Of a DNA stretch of 64,000 nt, positions 46,505 to 58,215 are shown in pieces. This DNA comes from Ascoidea asiatica JCM 7603 (Eukaryota; Fungi; Ascomycota): NCBI GenBank assembly GCA_001600695.1, contig BCKQ01000002.1, forward strand, positions 1,736,334 through 1,800,333. The letters run 5' to 3'. The number at the start of each line of letters is the position of its first letter. The stretch's first letter is position 1. A program made the translations under genes and the position numbers. Below the pieces are notes generated by a model that saw only the letters and a list, made by a program, of their open reading frames with translations, searched no databases and was not told the origin of the DNA.

Positions 46505-47230
46505 TTTGAGTAATTATTTTTATATATATATACTGTATGAATGGATAATAGATGGTAATTGAATATTGATAGTAAATAATTATTACTATATTAATTAAAG
46601 AAGGTATATATAATTAATTGATCACTTGTTAATATCAATAACATAGATATATTTCAATGATTCTTCAGATGGATTACCTCTGATGGAAAATGGTTGAAAT
46701 TCAAGGTCCTTCTTTTATTGTTTGTATTGTTTTGGCCGTTGTCATCTAAATAAATCTCCAATACCGTAAAAGAAGCATACAGACAGGATCCAAAGAGCTT
46801 AACGCTCTGAAAACTCACGTTTAGGGGCTCTCGTCAAGCGCAAAACGCAGAACTGAAATTATTGCGCGCATTATTAACCCAACAATATCTACCACAGTAC
46901 TGGTAATTACTTAAAAAAGTACCATTTGGCTGGTAATACCAGCTAGGTGGGTTTACATTTATAAAATCACGTGTCTCTTGTGTTTTTCTTTGACATTTCT
47001 TCAATTGAAGTTTTTCAACTGAAGAAGCTAAAATTATGAAAAATAATACTGTAATAAAATTATAACATTGATGTGAATTTTGAATAAATGTTGAATCGGT
47101 GTTTTGATTTGGATAAAGGATAGATATAATTTTACTACAAATCAATTCATTTTGATTTTTTAATTATTTTTCTTCATTTCTCTTCTTTATAATCTTTCTT
47201 ATTAGATCATATTATATTATATTTTTCAAA

Positions 47231-48990
47231 ATGTCTCAAATGATGGAAATGCCTGATATGTCCAATGCAATTGTTGCTCAGGATGAAATGGGAAGGCCAT
47301 TTATTATAGTTAAAGAGTATGTTAACTTAAATTTTTAATAATGAATCAATAAAAATTTATTATAAGTATTTTATATAACTCAATTACTAACTGCTATTCT
47401 TATTTTTATATTTATATTTATAGTCAAGGTAAAAAAAAAAGAACTCATGGAATTGAAGCAACAAAATCTCATATCTTAGCCGCAAGAACAGTGGCAAGTA
47501 TTGTTAAAACTTCTCTTGGCCCAAGAGGTCTTGATAAAATTTTAATATCTCCAGATGGTGAAATTACAATAACTAATGACGGTGCAACTATTTTAACACA
47601 AATGGAATTAGATAATGAAATTGCAAAACTTTTAGTTGAATTATCAAAATCTCAAGATGATGAAATTGGTGATGGTACAACTGGTGTTGTAGTTTTAGCT
47701 TCAAGTTTATTAGATCAAGCTCTTGAATTAATAGATAAAGGTATTCACCCAATTAAAATTGCAAATGGTTTTGATAAAGCTTGTAAAATTGCTTTAAATC
47801 ATTTAGATCAAATTGCAACAGTTATAGATAATGAAAGTAATTTACAAAATAATTCTCTTTTTAAAGCTGCAAAAACTTCTTTAGGTTCAAAAATTGTCTC
47901 TAAATGTCATGATCAATTTGCTCAAATGGCTGTTGATGCTGTAACTTTAGTTGCTGATATGGAAAGAAAAGATGTACTTTTTGATCTAATTAAATTAGAA
48001 GGTAAAGTTGGTGGTTCTTTACAAGATTCAAAATTAATTAAAGGTATTATAATTGATAAAGAATTTTCTCATCCACAAATGCCAAAACATCTTAATGATG
48101 TTAAAATTGCAATTTTAACTTGTTCATTTGAACCTCCAAAACCAAAAACTAAACATAAATTAGATATTGCAACAGTTGAAGAATTTAAAAATTTACAAAA
48201 TTATGAAAAAGAAAAATTTCAAGAAATGATTAATTATGTTAAAGATTCTGGTGCAAATTTAGTTATTTGTCAATGGGGTTTTGATGATGAAGCAAATCAT
48301 TTACTTTTACAAAATGATTTACCTGCTGTTAGATGGGTTGGTGGTCCAGAAATTGAATTACTTGCAATTGCAACTAATGCAAGAATTGTACCAAGATTTC
48401 AAGATTTATCTTCAAAAAAATTAGGTACTGCAGGTAAAGTTAATCAATTATCTTTTGGTACAACAAGAGATACAATGCTAGTTATTGAAGAATGTGCAAA
48501 TTCAAAAGCTGTTACTATTTTTGTTAGAGGTTCAAATAAAATGATTGTTGATGAAGCTATTAGAGCTTTACATGATTCTTTATGTGTTGTGCGTAATTTA
48601 ATTCGTGATAACAGAATTGTTTATGGTGGTGGAGCTGCTGATATTGCATGTTCAATTGCTGTTAATGAAGCTGCTGATAAACAAAAAAGTTTAGATCAAT
48701 ATGCTTTTAGAGCATTTGCAAATGCTTTAGATGTAATTCCAATGACTTTAGCAGAAAATTCTGGGTTAGATCCAATTGAAACTTTATCAAATATTAAATC
48801 TAGACAAATTAAAGAAAATAATTCTGATTTGGGTGTTGATTGTTTAGGTAAAGGTACAAATGATATGTCTGAATTATTTGTTATTGATCCATTGATAAGT
48901 AAAAAACAACAATTAATGCTTGCAACTCAATTAACTAGAATGATATTGAAAATAAATAATGTGATTATTACTGGAAAAGATGCTTATTAA
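47231..48990 (+). CDS. CCT5: CCT/TRiC chaperonin epsilon subunit; two exons (47231-47316, 47424-48990)
   Basis: Splicing restores [12 protein letters not shown]|QGKKKR; [32 protein letters not shown]. Confidence 0.97.
47317..47423 (+). other. Spliceosomal intron in CCT5 (107 nt)
   Basis: GTATGT...TACTAAC (47385-47391)...TAG; in-frame join. Confidence 0.95.
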
Positions 48991-49760
48991 AGTTATATAA
49001 ATTTCATTAAGATTTATTAATTTCATAATTTCATAATTTCATAGTTTCATAAATTTGTGTATACATATCAATTTTCTTTTTTCTCAAGCCTAGAATGATT
49101 TCATTTCATTTAATTTCAATTAATAATATCATTATTTCAATCATTTATTGTTGAATTCCATTGCAATTCTTCTATATTTTTATTTTACAATAACTATAAT
49201 AGCCATAATAGCCATGATAGCCATGATGTAAAGTACAGTAGTTATGGCAGATTATTATCCAGATTGCGGACTTGATTTTCCAACAACCACGGAAGAAGCT
49301 ACATCCGTTACCCAATCTCCCACTTCGAGCTGTGACAGAAATTAAAGTAAAGTAATTCTATTCTGCTTTATATTCTATTCAATAACGTTAGCAGTTACTC
49401 AATTATACCACTGCAATAATAAAAAAGTATTAAAGATTAGATCATTAAACTCTTTGATAGTTTATATTATCATATTTATAATTTATCATCAAAATATTAA
49501 AATATAATATAATATAAATAATTTAGAAACACTACTTATATGAGAACATATCAAGATTCGCAAGATCAAGATTAATCAATTCCTTTCACTGTTTTTCGAA
49601 AACTTTTCTGTTTATACAAAAATTGATTTATATTTCAAATTTTAAAGTAAAAACTTATCAATTTTCAATCCATTATATAATGAAATAAGAACTCATCATA
49701 TAAAATCAGTAAATCAATAAGTCAATCAATCAATCAATAATACTAATAATCGATTATAAA

Positions 49761-52700
49761 ATGTCAGATAAAGTAGAATTTTCTGGAATTGATTCATTAT
49801 TTTCTCAAATTTGGGAAGGTTTATTTTCTAATAATGCTGATGATAAGTTACGGTATGGAATAAAATTAAAAAAGCTTTTACAACATCCAAAATCTTGTGA
49901 AACTTGTTTTGCAATTCTTTTCCAAAAGACAAAAGATGAAAATTCAAATAAATTAGAATGTCTTTTGATGACAAGATATTTTGCAGAAGCTGCAAATAAT
50001 GAACCTGTTAATATTGGTAGAATTAATCAAATTCTTGAACTTTTAAAAAAAGATCCATCTATTTCAAGAGATATAGCTCAAACAATTGGAGTTTTATCAA
50101 GACCAGGTTCTACTCTTGTGAATAAATTAGAATTTTCTATAAAAACTGCTGCTGAAAATCTTCGAAATAAAAGAGAAGCAAATAAATTATTTGCTTTATA
50201 TCTATTACAAGAATGTTGTAAAAATAATATGCCAGTAACTTCAAAAATAATAATTCCTTCGATTTTAGATCTTCTTTATTTAACTTTAAAAGATTCAAGT
50301 CTTAAAGTTAGAGATGAATCTGCAAAATTATTAAATGTTACATTCAATGAATTATTAGTAAAAGATTCAATGCTAGCAACCAATTGGTTTCAAAGTTCCT
50401 TTGAAGTTGCTGAAAGAAATACAGAAACTGGAGCTGCTGAAAATATTCATTGTGGATTATTAGTATTTAGAGAATTAGCTTCAATTGCAAATCAAATTGT
50501 TAAAAGATACAAAGCTTATGGTTCTGAATATTCTTTACAAAATCAAAAAACTTCTCAAAAACAAAATCTTTTAATGTTAGAAAAATCAATTAATAAAATA
50601 TATATAATATCAATTAAATATAGAGAACATAAATCTTTTGATATTAGAAAAACTGTTACTGAAATTTTACCTTTTGTTGCATCATTTAATCCTAAACATT
50701 TTATCCAAAATTCTTTAACTCAATTAACTGATCAGTATACTACAATAATAAAAAAAGATAAAGATAAAATACCAATTTTATATTTATTTGGAAGATTAGC
50801 AATGTCACTTGGTTCTGGAGCTTCTTATAGACCTTATTGTGATAGAATTATTCCAATAATAGAAAATTTACTAATTTCTTTAACATATTATTCATCTAAT
50901 AATTCTTCTACAACACCCTTACTTTCAGTTTTTGGAACTGTTAATAATTTGAAACATGAGAAAAAATTTGAATTAGAGAAAGCTTTATTTTATTGTTTAT
51001 CCAATTTAGCAGATTGTTTAAAAGAAAATTTACTAAGCTCATTCAGAAATGATATTGTTGGTTTACTTTCTGGATTTTGTATTACTGAACATTTAATTAC
51101 TTTACTTGGAATTTTAATTCGTAATATTCCTACCTTAGAAGATTCAATACTAGAAAAATTTATGAACGTTATTTCAAAGTATCTTGCTGGTTGTAACTTT
51201 ATTTCTCCTGGATTACCTTTTGCAAATTTAGGTCAATCAGAAAAGAAAAGAATTTTAAGTGAAGTAAGTATACAAACTGCAATAAATGGAAAAGGAAACT
51301 ATTATAGGGTTACTAATAATCCCTTATCAAAGGAAAATCTTGTTGAAGGTCAAGATCCTTATAAATGTCAGCTTTCAAGTCGATTAATTGAAAATGGATC
51401 TAGTGGGTTTTCAAAACCCAATAGTAGTATTGCATCCATAAGGGATCTTGCTGATTTCAAAGAAGCGGCAAAAGCTAGACAGACTCTATTACAAGGATAT
51501 GGATTTCTTTCAAACACAAATAATAACTATAATCAGAATGATAATAGTGGTGTCATGTCAATTGCATACAATGACAAACTTCTCATAAGGCAATGTTTTG
51601 AGATGCTTAATACATTAAATTTTAGTAGAATTTATGCTTTGAATGAATTTTCTAGATTTGTTATTTTGAATTATACTGACACTGAAGATAAAACTGTAAG
51701 AAAATTAGCTGCAATTACTGCTTGTAACTTATTCTTACTGGACCCAATTGTTGATGAAGTATCTTTGAATGCATTAATGGCAATGAGTGAACTTTTAAAT
51801 CATCTTTTAGCTGTTGCAATTACTGACACTTCTGCAGAGATTCGTGGTGAAGTTCTCTCCTGTTTTACGGAAAAATTTGATTCCCAATTATCTCAAGCAA
51901 ATAATGTCCAATTATTATTATTAGCTTTAAATGATTCAAATTTCGTGGTTAGAAAAAATGCTTTAACAATTTTAGGTAAATTGTCAAATAAAAATCCTGC
52001 TTATATTGTTCCTTCTCTTAGAAAAACTTTGATTCAGCTTTTAACAGATCTTGAATTCTCTGGAGTGGAAACAATTAAAGAAGAAAGTGGTTTACTTTTA
52101 ACAGAGTTGATCAAGTCAACTAAAAATTTAGTCAAACCATATGTCAAGCCAATATTGGAATGTTTTATTCCTATAATTTCAAGAAATGATGTTTCTACTT
52201 TAAATTTTATCACAGTTAAATCCCTTGGGATATTAGCCTCCATTGTAGGTGAAAATTTTAGGCCCAATTTGAAAGATTTATTACCTTTGCTACTTGATGG
52301 GTTGAAAGAAAATTCCAACGCCATTTCCGAGGAAGAAAAAATTGCAATTTTGACTACTTTGTCTCAGATTGCGTTTCATTCTGCTTATGTTATTGATCCG
52401 TATTTAGAGTATCCAGATCTTATGAATACTCTATTGGAAATGATAAGTAATGATCCTTCCAAGCAAGTCAGGGAAGAAGTGTCTCGCGTTATTGGGTCTT
52501 TAGGGGCCATTGATCCTTTCAAAATAGTTGAAGCAGAAAGAAAAAAAGCCAGAATGAAAATTTACAGTGTCGTTCCTGATGATATAGGTGAAAAAGAATT
52601 AGCTATAACTACAAATATTATGCATGCAGCAAGTGAGGATATTAAGGCTCCTGAAGTTTTGCAAAGGAATGTTCCTATTGATATCTTGTTATTGATGCAA

Positions 52701-55700
52701 AGAGATTTGATTCCAGGAACAGTAAAATTCAATGTAACAGTTTTATTTATTATTCTTCTAAAAACTTTAAGAACAAAAACATCTGGTCGTTTGGAGATTG
52801 TTGTCAAAACTATATGTGATGTTTTCAAAACGTCTAGAACAACTGCATTACCTTTTATGGATTTTATTTTTGATGGAATCCTCTCTGCTATGCGTGATTT
52901 CCAACCTTCGAAAATTAAGATATGCTTGAGTGAGGTAACTAGTTTGATTGTTTTCATTAGAATACATATAAGACCTGCTGTTCCAATTATAGTGAATTCG
53001 GTTGTATATTTCTTCAAGCTTAATCCTGATTTGCAAGGGCCTTGTATAAATCTATTAGAGGCATTGGCAACAATTTTACATAGGGAGTTTAAAAACTATC
53101 TTCCCTCCTTAATAACAATGCTTCTAAATGTTTTCAGCAGTGAAGTTTCAAATGACAGAAAAAATTCTATAAGAGTATTGCGTGCTTTTGTAGTTTTTGG
53201 ATCTAGTATCGATGAATATACCAGTTTAATTATTACTAGTATTATTAGACTTTTAGACTCTAGGTGTTTTGTTTTAAAGAGATCTTCAATTGAAACAATC
53301 TGGAAACTTTCAAATGTTGTTAATTTAACTGAGCAATCTTCAAAAATTATACATTCTTTATTAAAAGTATTGACTAGTAGAGAGCTTGAGGACTCTGACT
53401 TGAAAAAGTTAGCAATGAAAACAATTTGTGGCCTTTTAACTCAACTAGGATCCACATCGGTACTATTTCTACCTGTTATCAATAAGGTTGTTGCAGAAAA
53501 CAATATCCATTCCCCTGTTTATGCTAAAGTGGCTAATAGATTAATTCGTAATGAACAATTGCCGGAATTGGAAGAACCTGAAAATTCTGGTATGCCGGAA
53601 CCCACTCCTCTTCCTCTTGAAGATGAGAAGGAAAAAGCAATAGCAGTGGAAGAGTTACAAAACTCATGGAATTGTGATAATTATAGAGGAAAAGATAAAA
53701 AAGAATGGAACATATGGCTTCAAAATTTTTCACTACAACTTTTACTCCATTCTCCATCTCCAGCTTTAAGAGCTTGCAGTGATTTAGCTTTAACTTATAG
53801 TGATATTACTGAAAAATTATTCAATGTGTGCTTTTTTGCTGTTTATACGCGTTTAGAAAAAGATGACCAAGCCGATTTAATTAACTCGATATCTCTTGCT
53901 TCAACTTATGGTCCTTTAGAAATTTGTCAAAGTTTGCTAAATCTTTTTGAATATTTAGAACATTGTGATCCTGAAGGTGATGCTATTTTACAAGCTCGGC
54001 TACTTGCTTCTTATGCAAATAGAACGCACGCTTCTGCAAAATCTCTACATTATAAAGAAGCAGAGTACTATGAAAAATTTGATTCTTCGGATTCTCAAAA
54101 TGAGCTCGTAAGTAAATCTTTAATTGAGTCATTGATCAGTATAAATTATAGCTTGCAACAATCAGACTCTGCTATTGGGATCTTGAAGGTTGCAGAAACC
54201 AAATATGGATTTAAGCCTAAAGCCCCCTGGTATCAAAAGTTGGAAAGATGGGATGAAGCATTGCAAATGTACGAAGAAAAGTTGAAAGATGATCCCATGA
54301 ATCATAAATCTTTAGAAGGACAGCTAAAATGTTTACTTGCTTTAGGAGAAACAGAGAGAATATCCCAAATTTTCCAAGAAAAAGTCAAAGGTAATGATTC
54401 GAAGGAGATTGCTCACTTAGTTGCTTCTGCTGATTGGAGTTTAGGTAAATGGGAAAATATGAGCATGTATATTGATGCTATGCGTGGAAACTCTAGTTTT
54501 TTCTTTTTTAACTCAATGTTAAATATTCACAATAATGACTATAAACAGGCAAGAACTAATATATCAAAAGCTAGGAATAAGATTGTTTCTGAAATACAGA
54601 CACTGATCAAGGAAAGTTATAGACGAGCTTATGAATCTATTTTCAAATGCCAAATGCTTACTGAGCTTGAAGAAATCATTACGTACAAAGAATTGCCTAT
54701 GAATACTCCAGAACGAGAATTTATAGTTAAAATGTGGAATAAAAGATTAGTTGGATGTTCTAAAGATGTCGATTTGTGGAAGAGACTGTTAAATAATCGA
54801 TCTTTAGTTCTCACACAGAAAGAGGACGTTCAAATGATTGTGAAATTTGTTAATCTATGCAGAAAAAGTAACAGACTTCAATTAGCTAAAAAAACCCTTT
54901 CAAGATTAATGGATACAAATATAAAGTTGGGCAATAGAGCTATTATGCATCCAAGTGTAGTATACTCACATTGTAAGCTTTGGTGGGAGAACGGTAAACA
55001 GTCATTAGCGCTTGATCGTTTAAAACGATTCACTGGTGAATTTGCTACAGCATTAGGTTTAAATCCAGATGATTTGGTTTCATATCAATATCCTACACCA
55101 TTACCATGTACTGAAGAAAAATACAAATCTTACATAGATGTTCTTGCAAGATTTTTATCCAAGCAGAGTGAGTGGCTAATAGAAGAGAACCCTGATTGGC
55201 AAAACTCTCCAAACGAAATTCTTGGATGTTTTTTGGTGGCCACAAAATTAGCACCACAGTGGTATAAAGGATGGCATTATTGGGCTCTTGCGAATTTCCA
55301 AGTGGTTTCACATAATACAACGAAGAGAACTAAGATAGAAATGGGAAATACTGATCAATCTGGTGACAATTACAGTTCTGTTAAGCAATTTGTACCTACC
55401 GCAATTGAAGGTTTTTTCAAATCAATCAGTTTATCTAAAAGGAATGCTCTTCAGGATATGCTAAGAATACTAAATCTTTGGTTTAGGTATGGAGGTGAAA
55501 AGGAAGTTGCTAGTAAAATTGAGCAAGGAATAAACCGTATAGATATTTCAAATTGGCTTGATGTTACTCCTCAACTTTTTTCTCGACTTCATCATCCTAA
55601 TCCTCTTGTTAGCAATTCACTTCAGACATTATTGATTCAATTGGGTAAAAGCCATCCACAAGCTTTAATTTATCCGTTAACTGTTGCTTTTAAATCATCG

Positions 55701-57350
55701 AGTTCTTCCAGAAAAGTAACAGCAGAGAATATTATTAATAATATGCGAACTCATAGCCCTGTTCTCGTTGAACAAGCAACAAAACTTTGTAATGAGTTAA
55801 TCAGAGTTGCAGTTTTATGGTATGAAATGTGGCAAATAGGGCTAGAGGAAGCTTCACGATATTTCAATAATGATCATAATCCTAAAAAGATGTTCGAAGT
55901 TTTAGAAGGTTTACATGAAACTTTGCAAACTCCCCAAACTCTCAACGAAAGAGCTTTTCACACCGCTTATTATAAAGATTTATCCACAGCTTGGAAATGG
56001 GTTTTACAATATAGAAAAACAAATGATCAAGCAGCTATAACTCTGGCATGGGAATCATACCAAACGGTCTTTCGAAATGTTCACAAATATATAGATCAGT
56101 ATAAAGCTTTGGAGTTGGAATATGTTTCTCCAGTCCTTCTTCATTTGAAAGACTTGGAGTTGGCTATACCTGGTACTTATGATCCGAATATTCCAATGAT
56201 TAGAATTAAAAGTTTTGGATCTTCTTTGAAGGTGATTAGTTCCAAGCAACATCCTCGTCGTATGACAATAACGGGTCAAAATGGAAAAGTTTATGAATAT
56301 ATTTTAAAGGGTCGTGAAGATATGCGTCAAGATAACTTAGTAATGCAATTATTTGGATTGGTGAATACTTTACTAGCAAATGATAATGAATGCTTCAAAA
56401 GGCATCTTGAAATTCAAAAGTATCCAGCTATACCATTGTCTCCAAAATCTGGTCTTTTGGGTTGGGTTCCAGATAGTGACACGTTCCATGTCTTAATCAA
56501 GGAGCATAGAACTAAATCTAAAAAAATGTTCAATTATGAAAATAAGTTAGTTTCATCTTATGCTGTTCTTTATGATCAATTGCCCGCATTTAGGAGAGTC
56601 GAAGTTTTTAATTTTGCAGATGAATATTCGAAAAAAGAAAGGAGAGATTTTTATAAAGTATTATGGTTGAAAAGTAGATCGTCAGAATTCTGGCTTGAAA
56701 GACGAACGACATTTACGACATCATTAGCAGTCATGTCAATGGCAGGTTATATTCTAGGATTGGGAGATCGTCATCCTTCTAATATAATGCTTCATGCTGT
56801 TACTGGTAAAGTTGTTCATATTGATTTTGGTGATTGTTTTGAGGCAGCCATTTTGCGTGAAAAGTATCCAGAAAAGGTTCCATTCCGTTTAACTAGAATG
56901 CTTCGAGCTGCAATGGGATTTTCAGAAATTGAAGGAGGATATCGTATTACTACAGAAAATGTTATGAGAGTAATTCGTGATAATAAAGAGTCGCTCATTG
57001 CAATACTAGAATCCTTTGTATATGATCCGTTGATTAATTGGGGTTTTGAAATTCCTACAAGAGCTCTTGCGAAAGCCACTGGTCTTAAGCTACCTCCTAA
57101 GTTAGAAATGCATTCTGGTGATAACTTTGATCCAGATGAAGTTGAAAAAATTCAGAATGAACAAAAAAATACTATTAGTAATTCAAGAGCCGATTATGTT
57201 ATAAGAAGGATAACTTCCAAGTTAACAGGTAATGATATTCCATATCATAGTGACTTGGATGTTAAAGAACAAGTTGATAGACTTATTTCAGATGCAATCA
57301 ATACTGAAAATTTGTGTCAGCATTTTATTGGTTGGTGTTCTTTTTGGTGA
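49761..57350 (+). CDS. TOR: TOR (PIKK) kinase, divergent: HEAT-FAT-FRB-kinase-FATC
   Basis: NPAYIVPSLRKTLIQLL, KSLHYKE, ESYRRAY, FRB (VAVLWYEMW...AW...VF), SKQHPR, GLGDRHPSN, DFGDCF, PFRLT, terminal CQHFIGWCSFW. Confidence 0.97.
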   Translation: MSDKVEFSGIDSLFSQIWEGLFSNNADDKLRYGIKLKKLLQHPKSCETCFAILFQKTKDENSNKLECLLMTRYFAEAANNEPVNIGRINQILELLKKDPSISRDIAQTIGVLSRPGSTLVNKLEFSIKTAAENLRNKREANKLFALYLLQECCKNNMPVTSKIIIPSILDLLYLTLKDSSLKVRDESAKLLNVTFNELLVKDSMLATNWFQSSFEVAERNTETGAAENIHCGLLVFRELASIANQIVKRYKAYGSEYSLQNQKTSQKQNLLMLEKSINKIYIISIKYREHKSFDIRKTVTEILPFVASFNPKHFIQNSLTQLTDQYTTIIKKDKDKIPILYLFGRLAMSLGSGASYRPYCDRIIPIIENLLISLTYYSSNNSSTTPLLSVFGTVNNLKHEKKFELEKALFYCLSNLADCLKENLLSSFRNDIVGLLSGFCITEHLITLLGILIRNIPTLEDSILEKFMNVISKYLAGCNFISPGLPFANLGQSEKKRILSEVSIQTAINGKGNYYRVTNNPLSKENLVEGQDPYKCQLSSRLIENGSSGFSKPNSSIASIRDLADFKEAAKARQTLLQGYGFLSNTNNNYNQNDNSGVMSIAYNDKLLIRQCFEMLNTLNFSRIYALNEFSRFVILNYTDTEDKTVRKLAAITACNLFLLDPIVDEVSLNALMAMSELLNHLLAVAITDTSAEIRGEVLSCFTEKFDSQLSQANNVQLLLLALNDSNFVVRKNALTILGKLSNKNPAYIVPSLRKTLIQLLTDLEFSGVETIKEESGLLLTELIKSTKNLVKPYVKPILECFIPIISRNDVSTLNFITVKSLGILASIVGENFRPNLKDLLPLLLDGLKENSNAISEEEKIAILTTLSQIAFHSAYVIDPYLEYPDLMNTLLEMISNDPSKQVREEVSRVIGSLGAIDPFKIVEAERKKARMKIYSVVPDDIGEKELAITTNIMHAASEDIKAPEVLQRNVPIDILLLMQRDLIPGTVKFNVTVLFIILLKTLRTKTSGRLEIVVKTICDVFKTSRTTALPFMDFIFDGILSAMRDFQPSKIKICLSEVTSLIVFIRIHIRPAVPIIVNSVVYFFKLNPDLQGPCINLLEALATILHREFKNYLPSLITMLLNVFSSEVSNDRKNSIRVLRAFVVFGSSIDEYTSLIITSIIRLLDSRCFVLKRSSIETIWKLSNVVNLTEQSSKIIHSLLKVLTSRELEDSDLKKLAMKTICGLLTQLGSTSVLFLPVINKVVAENNIHSPVYAKVANRLIRNEQLPELEEPENSGMPEPTPLPLEDEKEKAIAVEELQNSWNCDNYRGKDKKEWNIWLQNFSLQLLLHSPSPALRACSDLALTYSDITEKLFNVCFFAVYTRLEKDDQADLINSISLASTYGPLEICQSLLNLFEYLEHCDPEGDAILQARLLASYANRTHASAKSLHYKEAEYYEKFDSSDSQNELVSKSLIESLISINYSLQQSDSAIGILKVAETKYGFKPKAPWYQKLERWDEALQMYEEKLKDDPMNHKSLEGQLKCLLALGETERISQIFQEKVKGNDSKEIAHLVASADWSLGKWENMSMYIDAMRGNSSFFFFNSMLNIHNNDYKQARTNISKARNKIVSEIQTLIKESYRRAYESIFKCQMLTELEEIITYKELPMNTPEREFIVKMWNKRLVGCSKDVDLWKRLLNNRSLVLTQKEDVQMIVKFVNLCRKSNRLQLAKKTLSRLMDTNIKLGNRAIMHPSVVYSHCKLWWENGKQSLALDRLKRFTGEFATALGLNPDDLVSYQYPTPLPCTEEKYKSYIDVLARFLSKQSEWLIEENPDWQNSPNEILGCFLVATKLAPQWYKGWHYWALANFQVVSHNTTKRTKIEMGNTDQSGDNYSSVKQFVPTAIEGFFKSISLSKRNALQDMLRILNLWFRYGGEKEVASKIEQGINRIDISNWLDVTPQLFSRLHHPNPLVSNSLQTLLIQLGKSHPQALIYPLTVAFKSSSSSRKVTAENIINNMRTHSPVLVEQATKLCNELIRVAVLWYEMWQIGLEEASRYFNNDHNPKKMFEVLEGLHETLQTPQTLNERAFHTAYYKDLSTAWKWVLQYRKTNDQAAITLAWESYQTVFRNVHKYIDQYKALELEYVSPVLLHLKDLELAIPGTYDPNIPMIRIKSFGSSLKVISSKQHPRRMTITGQNGKVYEYILKGREDMRQDNLVMQLFGLVNTLLANDNECFKRHLEIQKYPAIPLSPKSGLLGWVPDSDTFHVLIKEHRTKSKKMFNYENKLVSSYAVLYDQLPAFRRVEVFNFADEYSKKERRDFYKVLWLKSRSSEFWLERRTTFTTSLAVMSMAGYILGLGDRHPSNIMLHAVTGKVVHIDFGDCFEAAILREKYPEKVPFRLTRMLRAAMGFSEIEGGYRITTENVMRVIRDNKESLIAILESFVYDPLINWGFEIPTRALAKATGLKLPPKLEMHSGDNFDPDEVEKIQNEQKNTISNSRADYVIRRITSKLTGNDIPYHSDLDVKEQVDRLISDAINTENLCQHFIGWCSFW

Positions 57351-58215
57351 TTAAGATCTGATTAAAATTTTTAGTTAAAAAAATGAGTAAAATTCTGTAA
57401 AATAGTTAATAAAACAAAACTTTATTGTTATGAATATGAAAAATGTATTGTTTTTTTGAAAAATAAATGTAGAGTAGCATGGCTGATGAATAGAATCGGC
57501 AAGTTACCCTGCAAAATTAGCAGTGTTGGTTATGAAAAGAACCTGCAATTTGAAATTTGGGAAAATCCTGAAAGGCAAAGATGAGCTTTTTTTATATTGA
57601 ATTTATTTCGTAATAATAAAATCAACAAAAACTCAAAAGCAAACTTCTCTATAATTCTAAACACAAATAAATTCAAAAGTTATGCCAATTGCAGACAAAG
57701 AAACTTAATGTAATTGATAGAAAATCATTAAATGAAACCTTGAGGGATAATTTATTTTTCTTTTTAAACATGGAAACATAAACTATCCAATAAGTTGTTT
57801 ATGGAGGAATATCAAAAAAAATTATTAAACATTGAGGAAAAGGTTGAAAACCGTTAATGAATAGAAAACTTAATACTACTCTTTTTAAACTGTTTCCAAT
57901 TATTTATTCTACAAATTTTGATTTTCCCAAGGTTTCAATTTTTTGTCTCCTTTCGTTACTAAACATAAACAAATTTAAATATTCATTAAATTTCAATTAC
58001 TATAAAAAATCAAAAATTTAAAAAACAAATTAAAAACTGTACCAATCATTTCGAATGTCAAGATAAAATAAAATAAACTTGAAAGTATTATTTTGTTTTC
58101 TCTAATTCTTATTAGTATTATTTCAAGAATTTGTCCGCCATTAAAATTTGAATATTCTAGAGACAAATTCACTATATTCAATGTGATTATCTACTTTTTA
58201 AAATAATACTTGAAA

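Noticed and set aside
46966-47100. ATCACGTG followed by AT-rich DNA as a point centromere
   Set aside because: No CDEIII (TTCCGAA) at the expected spacing; more likely a Cbf1 site in the ARP3/CCT5 divergent promoter.
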